In this document: in pieces, positions 17,860-28,533 of the stretch | Layout: the number at the start of each line of letters is the position of its first letter | How positions within the stretch are numbered: the stretch's first letter is position 1 | Assembly (NCBI GenBank): GCA_040768745.1 | Contig: JAXGMI010000001.1 | Coordinates: 800,001 to 864,000, forward strand | Source of the DNA: Desulfomicrobium sp. | GTDB taxonomy: Bacteria > Desulfobacterota > Desulfovibrionia > Desulfovibrionales > Desulfomicrobiaceae | Reading direction: 5' to 3' | DNA: 64,000 bases | Position numbers and translations under genes: made by a program | The notes under the pieces: model-generated | The model's database searches: none | What the model was told of the DNA's origin: nothing | The model's input: only the letters and a program-made list of their open reading frames with translations

Positions 17860-19475
17860 CAGACCACTGACAAACCCTCGTCACACTGTCCGGCGAGGGT
17901 TTGTTTTTTCTGACGATGTGTATTTTTCCTGAAATCGTTCAGGAGGCCCTTCTGGGATCAAATTGGGGCGTATTGGCGCTTCTGTTGTTGGAATATCCCG
18001 TAAATAAAGGACAGAATCATCCCGGCCATGGCGCCCGCCGGGCTTGCTGGCCTGCGGAGTCCCAACCTGGACAAGTGCAGCGCGATTTTCTTCATGTTGA
18101 ACGCGGCCGCACACAGCAGGCACTGCTCCAAGACCTTCGAGAGACCACGCATCCGGGCGTAACGATGCCCATGCAGTTCCTTGCAGTCGGCAAAGCTGCG
18201 TTCAACCGTTTCCTTGCGTCGGGCATAGATGGCCTTGCCACGCTCCGTCAGCCGGTTGGAGTCGATGCGTTCCCGACTATCTTCCCATACGTGGCGCGCT
18301 ATGACCCGTCGGCATATCTTGCTGGTCGTGCATCTCTCAAGAAGCTGACATGCTTTGCAAATCTTGGGATCCGAGGCGTATTCCCGGTAACCCGCCCGGT
18401 TGGTGGTTCGGTAACTCAAAAGGCAGTTTGCAGGGCAGACGTAGCAATCCACTGAGTCGTCGTAGAAAAAATCCTTGCGTCTGAAGCGGCCCGTGTTTTT
18501 TCCAAAACGACGGTAGCCAACCACTCCAAAAATCCCTCTCTCCTCAAGCCCTTTGCAGATTCCTGTCGTCGCGTAGCCAGCATCCAGTCCAACCGCCTCC
18601 ACTTCAAAACCAAATCGTTCGCGCTGTCGATCAAGACGATCAAGATACGGTATCGAGTCATGCACATTGCCTGGCGTCACGTACGTATCCGTGATCAGGC
18701 CATGAAGACCGTCCACCGAGCGGTGATCCAGAAAGAAGAACCCCTTGGGCTTGCCGTCCCGGTGCATGTAGCCAGACTCCGGGTCCGTCGTGCTCTGCTT
18801 GACCGTCTTGGTTTCGGGTTCCGGATCGTTCTCTTTCAACGCCTTCTTGCCGTGGTCGGCCCGGTCCTGGGCAACGTCCCGCTCCAGATCATCGATGTAA
18901 TCCCGCGTGCTCTTGGCAACCTCGGCTTCGACAAACTTGTTCTTGTTGGCGTTGGCCTTGAGGTGGGTCGAATCCGTGTACAGGGTACGACCGTCGATCA
19001 TCTTGCGGCGGATGGCCTGAACCACGATCTCGTCGAAAATCTCCTGGTAGACCGTGCTCTGGTTGAAGCGACGGCGGCGGTTCTGGCTGATGGTCGAGGC
19101 GTCGGGAATCTTGTCTTCCAGGCTGAAGCCCAAAAACCAGCGGTAGGCGACATTGACCTTGATCTCCTCAATCAGCCGCCGCTCACTGCGGATGCCGAAC
19201 AGATACCCCAGAAAGAGCATCTTGAAGAGCACTGTCGGATCAAGAGCCGGCCGGCCGTTGTCCGGACAGTACAGGTCTTTGACCTTGTCGTGGATGAAAC
19301 GGAAATCGATGAACTTGGTGATCTTACGAAGAAGATGATCTTTGGGAACCAAGCGCTCGATGCAGACGAATTCGTACTTCAGTTGTTTGGGTCCTGTGCT
19401 GCGTAACATGTAAGCTTTCATAACAAAACCCCCGTCATTTGACGAGGGTTTTGAGGTGACTTTGTCAGCAGTCTG
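17860..19475 (-). mobile_element. IS1182-family insertion sequence (1616 bp)
   Basis: Terminal IRs CAGACCACTGACAAA / CAGACTGCTGACAAA (13/15 match), flanking 19-bp direct repeat, single DDE transposase. Confidence 0.9.
17958..19421 (-). CDS. IS1182-family transposase
   Basis: LVPKDHLLRKI, NGRPALDP, GIRSERRL, DSTHLKANA, STTDPESG, GLDAGY and RKETVERSFADCK motifs. Confidence 0.93.
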   Translation of the reverse strand: MKAYMLRSTGPKQLKYEFVCIERLVPKDHLLRKITKFIDFRFIHDKVKDLYCPDNGRPALDPTVLFKMLFLGYLFGIRSERRLIEEIKVNVAYRWFLGFSLEDKIPDASTISQNRRRRFNQSTVYQEIFDEIVVQAIRRKMIDGRTLYTDSTHLKANANKNKFVEAEVAKSTRDYIDDLERDVAQDRADHGKKALKENDPEPETKTVKQSTTDPESGYMHRDGKPKGFFFLDHRSVDGLHGLITDTYVTPGNVHDSIPYLDRLDRQRERFGFEVEAVGLDAGYATTGICKGLEERGIFGVVGYRRFGKNTGRFRRKDFFYDDSVDCYVCPANCLLSYRTTNRAGYREYASDPKICKACQLLERCTTSKICRRVIARHVWEDSRERIDSNRLTERGKAIYARRKETVERSFADCKELHGHRYARMRGLSKVLEQCLLCAAAFNMKKIALHLSRLGLRRPASPAGAMAGMILSFIYGIFQQQKRQYAPI

Positions 19476-19494
19476 GCTGGGCAGAATGCCCAGA
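19476..19494. repeat. Target-site duplication, right copy (19 bp)
   Basis: GCTGGGCAGAATGCCCAGA. Confidence 0.9.
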
Positions 19495-19991
19495 TGCAGC
19501 ATGTCCGGATTGGTGAAGAGGATGTTCGGCGGATTCTGGCGGATGCGGGTCCGCTGCGAGGAAGAGGTGTCGCCGTCGTAGATAGCCGTTCGTGGCGTGG
19601 GGAAGAGGCTGGCGGCCAGACGGTCCAGGACTCGGCGCTGGTCCTGAGCCAGGGCCTTCAAGGGAAAGAGATAGAGGGCCCGGGCGCTGCTGTCTGCGTG
19701 ACAGGCCTCCAGAACCGGCAGGTTGTAGACCAGCGATTTGCCGCTGGCCGTAGGCGTGGCCACGACCACGTGCCGGCCGGCCCGGGCCAGATCCACGGCC
19801 AGGGCTTGATGGGCATAGAGTGCGCGCACTCCAAGCAAGTCCAGGGCCCGCTGCACCGGACCGGGCCAGGGCTTGGCCGGTGTGGAAAAGCGGGGAGACT
19901 GGGCCGGAAAAAAACGACGGCCGGCAAGGCAGGTGGCAAGCCAGGGAGTCTCCTCCACCAGGCGCAGAAATGCCCGCACGCCCGTGTCCAT
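19476..19991 (-). pseudogene. N-terminal part of the interrupted DUF1998 helicase
   Basis: Q motif LYAHQ, Walker A TPTASGKS, FPLKALAQDQ, YDGDT and TNPDML; ends at LGILPS, which repeats at the start of the C-terminal part. Confidence 0.9.
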
Positions 19992-19999
19992 GTGAGGAC

Positions 20000-21376
20000 T
20001 CAATTCCTGGCCGCTATCCTGTATTTTTTGAGCTTGTACTGTAGTAGACTCTTGGACACATCCAGCAGCTCGGCTGCTTTGACCTGCACAAAGCCGGAAT
20101 GGACCAACGCGCGCCGGATCAGGGCTGCCTCGATCTTCTCCAGGGTTTCGGACAGGTTGACCTTCAGGGGCAGAAGGTCCACGGCGCTCTTGAACTGCGT
20201 CTCCTCGTCCCGCAGTTCGGCCGGAAGGTCGTCCACGTCGATGGTGTCACGGCTGGAAAGGACCACGCAGCGCTCGATGACGTTCTCCAGCTGCCGCACA
20301 TTGCCCGGCCATTCGTAGGCTGAAAGATAGTCGATGGCCCCGGCGGTGAACCCGTGCATCTGCCGGTTGTTCTCCAGGGCAAATTTTTTCAAAAAATGGC
20401 TGGCCAGGATGGGGATGTCCTCGCGGCGCTCACGCAACGGCGGCAGATGAATATTGACCACGTTCAGGCGGTAGAACAGGTCCTCCCTGAACCGTCCCGC
20501 CGTGATCTCGTCCTGGAGATTCTTGTTGGTGGCGGCCACCAAACGAAAATCCACGGCAATGCTCTCGGTCCCTCCGACCCTTTCGATGACCCGCTCCTGC
20601 AAGACACGCAACAGCTTGACCTGCATTTCGGCCGATAATTCGCCGATTTCATCCAGAAAAAGGGTCCCCCCCTGGGCCAGTTCGAAACGGCCGCGCTTGA
20701 GGGCCACAGCGCCCGTAAAAGAGCCCTTCTCGTGGCCGAAGAGTTCGCTCTCCAGCACCCCGGGGTTGAGGGACATGCAGTTGACGGAAATGAACGGCAT
20801 CTCTTTCCGGTCTGAGGAGATATGGATGGCCCGGGCCACCAGCTCCTTGCCCGTGCCGGACTCGCCCGTGACCAGTACGGTGCTGCGTGTCGGCGCGACC
20901 TTGCCGGCCAGGGCCAAGACGTCCTGGATGGCCTTGGAGTTTCCGATGATGGTTTCCTTGCCGAATTTTTCGGCCAGGCTCTCGCGCAGAAGTCGGTTCT
21001 GCTGCTCGGCATGGGAAAGCTTCAATGCCTTGCGCACGGAAAGAAGGATCTCGTCATTGGCGAACGGCTTGGTGATGTAGTCGAAGGCCCCGGACTTCAT
21101 GGCCTCCACTGCCCGGTCGATGGTCCCGAAGGCGGTCATGATCATGACCGGAATGTGCGGATGCCCCTTGCGCACGGCCTCCAGCACCTCCTGCCCGGTC
21201 ATGCCCGGCATCTTCATGTCCGTGATGACCACGTCCACTTCGGATTCGTCCAGAAAGGTCATGGCCATGACCGGGTCTCCCAGCGCCGTGACCGTGTAGC
21301 CTTCCTCCTCCAGGATGGCTTCCAGGATGAGCAGATAGTTTTTTTCGTCGTCGATGATCAGGATATGATTGCCCAT
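20000..21376 (-). CDS. sigma54-dependent NtrC-family response regulator
   Basis: Receiver domain (IIDDE, D..MP, KP), GESGTGKE, GSFTGA, FLDEI, WPGNVRQL, Fis-type HTH. Confidence 0.95.
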   Translation of the reverse strand: MGNHILIIDDEKNYLLILEAILEEEGYTVTALGDPVMAMTFLDESEVDVVITDMKMPGMTGQEVLEAVRKGHPHIPVMIMTAFGTIDRAVEAMKSGAFDYITKPFANDEILLSVRKALKLSHAEQQNRLLRESLAEKFGKETIIGNSKAIQDVLALAGKVAPTRSTVLVTGESGTGKELVARAIHISSDRKEMPFISVNCMSLNPGVLESELFGHEKGSFTGAVALKRGRFELAQGGTLFLDEIGELSAEMQVKLLRVLQERVIERVGGTESIAVDFRLVAATNKNLQDEITAGRFREDLFYRLNVVNIHLPPLRERREDIPILASHFLKKFALENNRQMHGFTAGAIDYLSAYEWPGNVRQLENVIERCVVLSSRDTIDVDDLPAELRDEETQFKSAVDLLPLKVNLSETLEKIEAALIRRALVHSGFVQVKAAELLDVSKSLLQYKLKKYRIAARN

Positions 21377-21388
21377 GTTGTGCGCTCG

Positions 21389-22825
21389 CTAACAGTGTTC
21401 TGAAAAGACTACCAGGGCTTCGGCTCCACCCTGGGAGGCGTTGCGCAGGATCAGGTCTGCGCCGTGACTCTGAAAGATGGAGTTGGCGATGGCCAGGCCA
21501 AGGCCTGTGCCCGATTCCTTGGTGGTGAAGAAGGGCTCGAGATACCGGTCCAGCAGGTTGACGTCGAATCCCTGGCCCGAATCGCGGATAAGCACTGCCT
21601 TGCGCCCATCGTGACAGGCCGGCAGGATGCTGACTTCGCCCTCCTGCCCGCAGGCCTGGATGGCGTTGCTGATCAGGTTGTAAAATCCACGGTACAGGAG
21701 ATCCTTGTCGCCCTGAACCATGAAGGTCGCCGGTAGTTGGCAGGCCACCCTGACGCGGTGCTCCTGTCCCTCCTGCGTCAGAAAAGTCACGGCGTGGCGG
21801 ATCACCTTTTCCAGGTTCACGTCTTCCAGGGCTGGCTGACGGGGCCGCGCATAATCCAAAAAGTCATTCACCGTCTGGCTCAGCCGCTTGGCTTCATGAA
21901 ATATCGCTTCCAGGATCTTGACCTTGGGGCTGTCTGCCGCCTGCTCCTTCTTGAGCAACAGCTCAGCGCTGCTGCGGATAATACCCAGGGGATTGCGGAT
22001 CTCGTGGGCGATACTGGCCACCATGCGGCCCATGGAAGCCAACTTCTCGTTCTGCACGAGCTCCCGCTCCAGACGCTCCTTGTCCCGCACCCGCTCGTCC
22101 AAAACCCGGTCAGCACGACGAATCATGAAGAAAATCAACGCATAGAGGGTGGCTGAGCCCAGAAACGTGGTCAGGATGATCAGCCGCTGCAAATGCAGGA
22201 CCGTCTCATAGTCGCTGGTGATATCCTGGGAAAATTCAAGCACCCCGAGCAGCGGACCGGGCTGTTCCCTGAACCGCAGGTCTCGCTCGGCCCGCAACGG
22301 ATAAACGGTGCGCAGCACGACATCCCCCGCTTCCAGACTGAAGGTGAACAGGACGTCCAGCAGGCTCAATCTGTTCTGAAGGTCAAACGTGCGCTGACCC
22401 TCTTGGATGGCCGCCTGCAAGGCCGGCCCACCGAGATCGGAACTGCCGACCTCCTCGGCCTTGGTGCTGTAGGCCACCTCCTGACCCTCGTCATAGATGC
22501 GCAGGTTCAACACGTGAAAGGAATGGGTGGTGGACTCGATGACCTGTTCCAGGCGTTCGTACTGATCCCTGCGCTTGAGCTCGACGCGCCCGAAACCCAG
22601 CACCACTGGCAGGGTGAAACGGCGATAGATCTGATGGTTGAGATTTTCGGCCAGCAGCTGGGCAAAGGCCGTATTTTTCTTCAACAGCGCACTCTTGGCG
22701 TAATTGCTCATGAACATGGACAGCACCAAACTCGACCCCAGGATCAGGACCAAGGTGCTGACGGACAAAAACTTGACCAGCTGAAAGGGGTGCGCCGGAT
22801 CAACGCGAAAGGGGTTGAGCTTCAT
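21389..22825 (-). CDS. Membrane sensor histidine kinase
   Basis: Two TM segments, AHEIRNPL H-box, NLISNAIQA, DSGQG and FFTTKESGTGLGL. Confidence 0.93.
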   Translation of the reverse strand: MKLNPFRVDPAHPFQLVKFLSVSTLVLILGSSLVLSMFMSNYAKSALLKKNTAFAQLLAENLNHQIYRRFTLPVVLGFGRVELKRRDQYERLEQVIESTTHSFHVLNLRIYDEGQEVAYSTKAEEVGSSDLGGPALQAAIQEGQRTFDLQNRLSLLDVLFTFSLEAGDVVLRTVYPLRAERDLRFREQPGPLLGVLEFSQDITSDYETVLHLQRLIILTTFLGSATLYALIFFMIRRADRVLDERVRDKERLERELVQNEKLASMGRMVASIAHEIRNPLGIIRSSAELLLKKEQAADSPKVKILEAIFHEAKRLSQTVNDFLDYARPRQPALEDVNLEKVIRHAVTFLTQEGQEHRVRVACQLPATFMVQGDKDLLYRGFYNLISNAIQACGQEGEVSILPACHDGRKAVLIRDSGQGFDVNLLDRYLEPFFTTKESGTGLGLAIANSIFQSHGADLILRNASQGGAEALVVFSEHC

Positions 22826-22913
22826 GCTTGGGCCAGGATCGGAAAAAAGGGGTCCGGACAACGCGTCCGGCACAGGGTCGGGCACCCTGCCCGACCCTGG
22901 ACTGTGTTAGGCT

Positions 22914-24536
22914 TTAGCCCTTGCGCCGGTCAAGACAATAGCGCAGGAGCCCACAGGTGGAGGCGTCATGGACGCCGATCTGCTCACCGCGCAGTTCTGG
23001 CAGAATGGCTCCTGCAAGCTGTTTGCCCAGCTCCACCCCCATCTGATCGAAGGAATTGATGCCCCAGATGATGCCTTGCACGAAAATCTTATGCTCGTAC
23101 ATGGCAATCAAACGGCCCAGAATGCGTGGAGTCAGTTCAGGATAGACGATGGAGTTGGAGGGCCGGTTGCCTGGAAAGACCTTGTGCGGGGCCAATGCCT
23201 TCCTGGCTTCGGGAGGAAGCTTGCCGAGCTCCTTTTCGGCCTCTTCCAGTGTCCGTCCGCGCATGAGGGCTTCGGTCTGGGCCAAAAAATTGGCCAGCAG
23301 GATGACATGGTGTTCACCCACTGGATGCAGGGGGTTGACGGCGGCCAGAAAGTCACAGGGAACCACGGTGGTACCCTGGTGCAGGAGCTGATAAAATGCG
23401 TGCTGGCCGTTGGTTCCTGGCTCCCCCCACAGGATGGGGCCTGTTGCGTACGGCGTGGACTGGCCGTTTTTGGTCACCCCTTTGCCGTTGCTCTCCATGT
23501 CGGCCTGCTGCAGATACGCGGGCAACAGCTCCAGATACTGGTCGTAGGGCAGCACGGCGTGGGACGGCATGTCCTGAAAATTACGGTACCAGACCCCCAG
23601 AAGGGCAAGCAAAACAGGAATGTTCCCCTCGAAGGACGCTGTGCGGAAATGCTCGTCCATGTCCCGCGCGCCGGCCAGGAGTTCCCGGAAATTGTCCATG
23701 CCCACGGCCAGGGCGATGGGCAGGCCGATGCAGGACCACAGGGAATAACGCCCTCCGACCCAGTCCCAGAAGGCAAACATGTTGGCCGGATCAATGCCAA
23801 AGGCCCTGACCGCCACTTCATTGGTGGACAGCGCCACGAAATGGCGGGCGATGTCGCTTCCAGACCCGCCCCGGCCCAGGAACCAGGACCGGGCCGTGTG
23901 GGCGTTGGTCAACGTCTCCTGGGTGGTGAAGGTCTTGGAAGCGACAACGAAGAGCGTGGACTCCGGCCGCACCTTTTCCAGAACCCTGGCAATGTGGGTG
24001 CCGTCGATATTGGACACGAAATGGAAATCAAGGGTCCGCTCACGGTAAAAATCCAGGGCCTCGGTGACCATCCTTGGGCCCAGGTCCGAACCGCCGATGC
24101 CGATGTTGACCACATCGCGAATGCGCTCGCCCGTGAACCCCTTCCACCCACCTGTACGAACCCGGGCCACGAAGGATTCCATCTGGTTCAGGACCCGCTG
24201 GACCTCAGGCACGATATTGACCCCGTCGAGAACAACGCTTTCGTCGGTGTTCTTGCGCAGGGCCACATGCAGGACAGCCCGATTTTCCGTGGTGTTGATG
24301 TGCCTGCCTCCGAACATGGCCTGGATGCCATCGGACACTCCGGCCTCTCGGGCCAGGTCCAGGAGCAGCGACATGGTTGTGTCCGTGATCCGGTTCTTGG
24401 AATAGTCAAGCAGGATGTCGCACGCCTGCACGGAAAAACGCGCGAACCGCCCAGGATCAGAGGCAAAAAGTTCGCGCATGGGGGCGATGGGAGGATGGTT
24501 CGAGAGGGCTTTCCAGGAAGGGGACTGATTGATCAC
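22914..24536 (-). CDS. pgi: Glucose-6-phosphate isomerase
   Basis: [29 protein letters not shown] and FDQ.GVELGK; GTG start after AGGAGG. Confidence 0.97.
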   Translation of the reverse strand: MINQSPSWKALSNHPPIAPMRELFASDPGRFARFSVQACDILLDYSKNRITDTTMSLLLDLAREAGVSDGIQAMFGGRHINTTENRAVLHVALRKNTDESVVLDGVNIVPEVQRVLNQMESFVARVRTGGWKGFTGERIRDVVNIGIGGSDLGPRMVTEALDFYRERTLDFHFVSNIDGTHIARVLEKVRPESTLFVVASKTFTTQETLTNAHTARSWFLGRGGSGSDIARHFVALSTNEVAVRAFGIDPANMFAFWDWVGGRYSLWSCIGLPIALAVGMDNFRELLAGARDMDEHFRTASFEGNIPVLLALLGVWYRNFQDMPSHAVLPYDQYLELLPAYLQQADMESNGKGVTKNGQSTPYATGPILWGEPGTNGQHAFYQLLHQGTTVVPCDFLAAVNPLHPVGEHHVILLANFLAQTEALMRGRTLEEAEKELGKLPPEARKALAPHKVFPGNRPSNSIVYPELTPRILGRLIAMYEHKIFVQGIIWGINSFDQMGVELGKQLAGAILPELRGEQIGVHDASTCGLLRYCLDRRKG

Positions 24537-24546
24537 GAAAAACCTC

Positions 24547-25728
24547 CTAATTCTTGAGGGAGTGCAGGCTGCTTCCGATTCGTTCCAGCGCGTGAGCCAG
24601 GGTTGTGTCGTCCAGGGCGTAGGAAATGCGGATGCAGCGGTCGTCGCCAAAAGCGGCCCCGGGGACCAAGGCGACTCCCGCCTGGTCCAGCAGGTATGTG
24701 CAGAGGGCGGTGGAGTCAGGAACCTCGGCCGTATAGTACCAATCCACCTGCGGAAAAAGATAGAAAGCCCCTGCCGGTTCAGGGCACACCACATTTCCCC
24801 AGTCCCGGACCATGGACAGACCAAGGTTGCGCCGACGCACAAAGGCCTCACGCATCACGTCCAGGCACTCCCAGCCGCCGGTCAGGGCAGCCAGGGCCGC
24901 CTTCTGGGCGATGGAACAGACATTGGAGGTGGACTGGCCCTGGATCTTGGTCATGGCCTTGATCAGATCTGCATGGGCCAGGGTATACCCGACCCGCCAG
25001 CCGGTCATGGCAAAGCTCTTGGCCAGACCGTTGACCACCGCAAAACTTTCCGGATGCCCCTCCCACCAGGGGCTCAGGGAAGCCGGCTGGGCCGGCGCGT
25101 AGACCAGCCGGTCGTAGATCTCGTCTGCAATGACGAAAATGCCCTTGTCCACGGCCCAGGTCGCGATGGCGTCCAACTGGGTCTGGGAATAGTGACAGCC
25201 CGTGGGGTTTGATGGTGTGTTCAGAATGAGGCAGCGGGTCCGCGCAGTGCAGGCTGCGTCCAGCTGTTCCACGCTCACCAGGAAATTGTTCTCTGGCTCG
25301 GTGGGGACAAAAACCGACACGCCATCGGCCAGCTCGACCATGGCCGGATAACTGACCCAGTACGGGGCAGGAATGATGACTTCATCGCCCGGATCGAGCA
25401 GGACCTGCAGCAGGTTGTACAGGCTTTGCTTCCCGCCGTTGGTCACCACAACGTCGTTCATACCGGCATTGACTCCGTAAAAACTCGCGAAGTACCCGGC
25501 CACGGCAGTGCGCAGTTCCGTGATGCCTGGAACCGGGGTGTACCTGGTGAATCCTTGCTGCATGGCCACCCGCGCGGCTTCGCAGACATGCTCCGGGGTC
25601 CGGAAATCGGGCTCGCCCACGGCCAAGCTGATGATTTGCCGCCCTGCGGCGCGCAATTCCTGAGCCTTGGTGTTGATGGTCAATGTCGCAGACGGCTTGA
25701 TCCTGGTAATGCGTTGGGCCAGTTTCAT
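24547..25728 (-). CDS. aspC: PLP-dependent class I aminotransferase (aspartate aminotransferase)
   Basis: [17 protein letters not shown] and [12 protein letters not shown] motifs. Confidence 0.9.
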   Translation of the reverse strand: MKLAQRITRIKPSATLTINTKAQELRAAGRQIISLAVGEPDFRTPEHVCEAARVAMQQGFTRYTPVPGITELRTAVAGYFASFYGVNAGMNDVVVTNGGKQSLYNLLQVLLDPGDEVIIPAPYWVSYPAMVELADGVSVFVPTEPENNFLVSVEQLDAACTARTRCLILNTPSNPTGCHYSQTQLDAIATWAVDKGIFVIADEIYDRLVYAPAQPASLSPWWEGHPESFAVVNGLAKSFAMTGWRVGYTLAHADLIKAMTKIQGQSTSNVCSIAQKAALAALTGGWECLDVMREAFVRRRNLGLSMVRDWGNVVCPEPAGAFYLFPQVDWYYTAEVPDSTALCTYLLDQAGVALVPGAAFGDDRCIRISYALDDTTLAHALERIGSSLHSLKN

Positions 25729-25773
25729 CGTTTTGGGGTCTCCTTTTTTGAGACAATGGGTGCTTGGAAATGG

Positions 25774-26619
25774 CTAGGCGTCGCTCTGGGAGGCATGATC
25801 CTCCATCGCGATTTCAAGTTCCGCCAGGGTAATATCCGAAAGGCCGAGGATGCCGGCCTCACTGCAGGTCACCAGGACCAACTCTCTGTCTTCGAGCAAC
25901 CCGATACCAAGTTTGTGGCATGCCTTGTTGGCCAGTCGCACCAGCACAAGCAGGGTGTTCGAGGTATCGTAATCTCGGCGGTGGTGATCCCGGCAAACCA
26001 GACAATAGCTCTCGGGCAGGTTCCATTTCTCCAGCAGCATGGACCCGCATTCAGGATGCAGGGAGGCCACGAACTCTTCAGCCGCTGTCCTGGTGATGCG
26101 GGGCGCGTCCTTGTCCTTTTCGTTCACCGAAACCAGGGCCTTGAGCACCAGCAGTTTGCCCACGTCGTGGATCAGGCCGCCAATGAACGCCTCGGGAGCG
26201 AGTTCATCGTACCCGCAGCGCTTGGCCAGCCACTGCGCACCGAAAGCGCAGACCACGGAATGCTTCCACAAACGGGACATATACTGTTGGAGAAAAGGGT
26301 TGTGCGAACTGTAGTTCTTGCGCTGGGTGGCCACCATCACACTGTTGACGACTTCCCGAAGTCCGATCCGCACAAGGGCGTCCTGAATGCGGCTGATCTT
26401 CTTGATGCCCCGGAAAAACGAGGAATTGGCGACCTTCAGCACCTCGGCCGCCAGAACCTGATCCTGGACGATGTAACTGACAATCTTGTCCGTGTCGGGA
26501 TCGCGCTTGATGGCTTCCTGATGCACCAGAAGGGCCGTGCGGTCGAAAACCGGGAGATCGCTTCCCGGTTCTTCCAGAAATGCATGGATCCGATCGTCGA
26601 TAGGGGTGACTGCGAACAT
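25774..26619 (-). CDS. Stand-alone HDOD-domain protein
   Basis: LPV..., DQVLAAEVLKVANS, LWKHS, GLIHDVGK and WNLP motifs. Confidence 0.9.
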   Translation of the reverse strand: MFAVTPIDDRIHAFLEEPGSDLPVFDRTALLVHQEAIKRDPDTDKIVSYIVQDQVLAAEVLKVANSSFFRGIKKISRIQDALVRIGLREVVNSVMVATQRKNYSSHNPFLQQYMSRLWKHSVVCAFGAQWLAKRCGYDELAPEAFIGGLIHDVGKLLVLKALVSVNEKDKDAPRITRTAAEEFVASLHPECGSMLLEKWNLPESYCLVCRDHHRRDYDTSNTLLVLVRLANKACHKLGIGLLEDRELVLVTCSEAGILGLSDITLAELEIAMEDHASQSDA

Positions 26620-26623
26620 ATGG

Positions 26624-28504
26624 TTAGACTCCCAGTATTCTTCTCAATTCAGGCAGGGATCGCGGCTTGTGCACTCTCGGCAGGGCGCGCAGAACTTCGT
26701 CCAGTGTTGTTTTGCCGATGGCGGCCTTGACGAGGCCGTCTTCCAGCATGGTGACCATGTTGGCCCGGGACAGGGCCAGTTGGCGGAGTTCGTGGGTGGT
26801 CTTGCGCTGCAGGATGGCGTCGCGGATGGCAACTTCCGGGATGAGCATCTCGAAAACCGCCATGCGCCCCTTGTAGCCGCTGTGCCGGCAGGCTGCGCAA
26901 CCCCTGCCCTTGCGGAACTCAGCCCCGACCAGGCTGCCGTAGGTGCTGCTCAAACGCCGCAGCTGCCCCATGTCCGGCTGGTAGGGCACCGCGCAGTGCG
27001 GGCAGATCCTCCGAACCAGGCGCTGGGAGAGAATGCATGAGATGGTGGAGGAAACAAGAAAGGGCTCGATACCCATGTCCAGGAGGCGAACCAGGCCGCC
27101 GATGCTGTCTTCGGTATGGAAGGTGGTCAGGACCTTGTGCCCTGTCAGTGCTGTCTGGATGGCCATGACCGCTGAAAAATGATCCCGGATCTCGCCGATG
27201 ACTGCGATATCCGGGTCTTGGCGCACGATGTGTTTGAGAGTCTCTTCGAAAGTCAGGCCGATAGCCGGCATGATGGAGCATTGACCAATGCCGCGGACCT
27301 TGTATTCCACCGGATCCTCGGCCGTGATAATGCTGACGTCCGGACGATTGAGGTAATTGATGCAGCTGTAGACGGTGGTGGACTTCCCCGAACCCGTGGG
27401 GCCGGTGACCATGATGATGCCCGAGGGCGCGTCCAGCGCCTCCTCCATGAAACGGTCCAGCATGCGCGGCAGCATGCCAATATCGTCCATGGGCAAGAGT
27501 TCTTCCTGGTTCTTGAGCAAGCGCATGACCACCTGCTCCCCGTACACTGTGACGTAGAAGGACATGCGCAGGTCAAACTGCACGCCCATGTGGCTGAACA
27601 TCATCCGCCCGTCCTGGTGACGGCGTTTTTCTGCGATATCCGCCCCGCACATGATCTTGAAGCGACTGACCAGCGGCGCGGAAATTGCGATGGGGTAATC
27701 CCGGAAATGGGTCATGACCCCGTCGATCCGCAGACGGACCCGCAGCCGGTCGGACATGGGCTCCACATGGATATCGCTGGCTCCCAGCTTGAATGCCCCG
27801 AGCACGATGGAGTTGGCGATCCCGACGATATCCACCCCTCCGGCGTCCGTTCCACTGCCTATGCGCTCCTGGTCCCTGCGTTTGGCCATGATCTCGTCGA
27901 GTTGACTGACCCGGGTGATGCAGATGACCATGTTCTGGCCAAAATAGTCCCGGGCGGCTCCCAGGCTGCGCGGATCCAGAGGGTCGGCAAAGGCGATGCG
28001 CACCGCTCCATCGGGCTGCATGTCGTAGGGCACAAATCTGTACTGCGCGTAATATTCCACCGGAGCACGCCCCATGAGGGCCGCGTCGGGCTCCTTGGTA
28101 ACCAGGTCGATGATTGGCAGCCCAAGTTGCAAGGCCAAAATTTCCGTCAGCTTGTCATCGGCCAGGATCTTGTGCTGGACCAGAATATCCCCCAGCTTCT
28201 GGCGGCGGCCGTCCTGCTTCTGGATGGTCAAAGCCCGTTCGAGCTCCTCGTCAGTCAGGTAGCCCAAACCATTGAGCAGATCTCCGATCCGCAACTCCCC
28301 CTGGTTGCGGCGAATGGTTTGGCGCAGCTGATCTTCGGAAACGTACCCCAGTTCACGGACTACATCGCATACGGGCCGGGACAATGGCAGCTTCTCGCAA
28401 ACCCGCCGGGCATACTCGGCCTGCTGCTCGTCAAGGTACCCGTCTTGAATCAGCAGCTTGATGATTGGATTCATCGAGTGTTCACTTCCGGAATCCTGAC
28501 TCAT
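26624..28504 (-). CDS. GspE/PilB-family secretion ATPase with N-terminal MshEN repeats
   Basis: ASDIHVEP, GPTGSGKST, TAEDPVEY, RQDPD..GEIRD, Zn motif CPHC...CAAC; RIGDLL..LGYLT..L..AL..Q. Confidence 0.92.
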   Translation of the reverse strand: MSQDSGSEHSMNPIIKLLIQDGYLDEQQAEYARRVCEKLPLSRPVCDVVRELGYVSEDQLRQTIRRNQGELRIGDLLNGLGYLTDEELERALTIQKQDGRRQKLGDILVQHKILADDKLTEILALQLGLPIIDLVTKEPDAALMGRAPVEYYAQYRFVPYDMQPDGAVRIAFADPLDPRSLGAARDYFGQNMVICITRVSQLDEIMAKRRDQERIGSGTDAGGVDIVGIANSIVLGAFKLGASDIHVEPMSDRLRVRLRIDGVMTHFRDYPIAISAPLVSRFKIMCGADIAEKRRHQDGRMMFSHMGVQFDLRMSFYVTVYGEQVVMRLLKNQEELLPMDDIGMLPRMLDRFMEEALDAPSGIIMVTGPTGSGKSTTVYSCINYLNRPDVSIITAEDPVEYKVRGIGQCSIMPAIGLTFEETLKHIVRQDPDIAVIGEIRDHFSAVMAIQTALTGHKVLTTFHTEDSIGGLVRLLDMGIEPFLVSSTISCILSQRLVRRICPHCAVPYQPDMGQLRRLSSTYGSLVGAEFRKGRGCAACRHSGYKGRMAVFEMLIPEVAIRDAILQRKTTHELRQLALSRANMVTMLEDGLVKAAIGKTTLDEVLRALPRVHKPRSLPELRRILGV

Positions 28505-28533
28505 AAGTGCACCCTTGCCTCTTCTGTCGAGAA

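Noticed and set aside
15378..19991. DISARM or Druantia defence locus
   Set aside because: No methylase, PLD or SNF2 partner genes; the architecture fits a YprA/MrfA-type repair helicase.
17958..20003. 681-aa ORF as a novel natural helicase-transposase gene
   Set aside because: IRs and a target duplication show it is a chimera created by IS insertion; reported as such.
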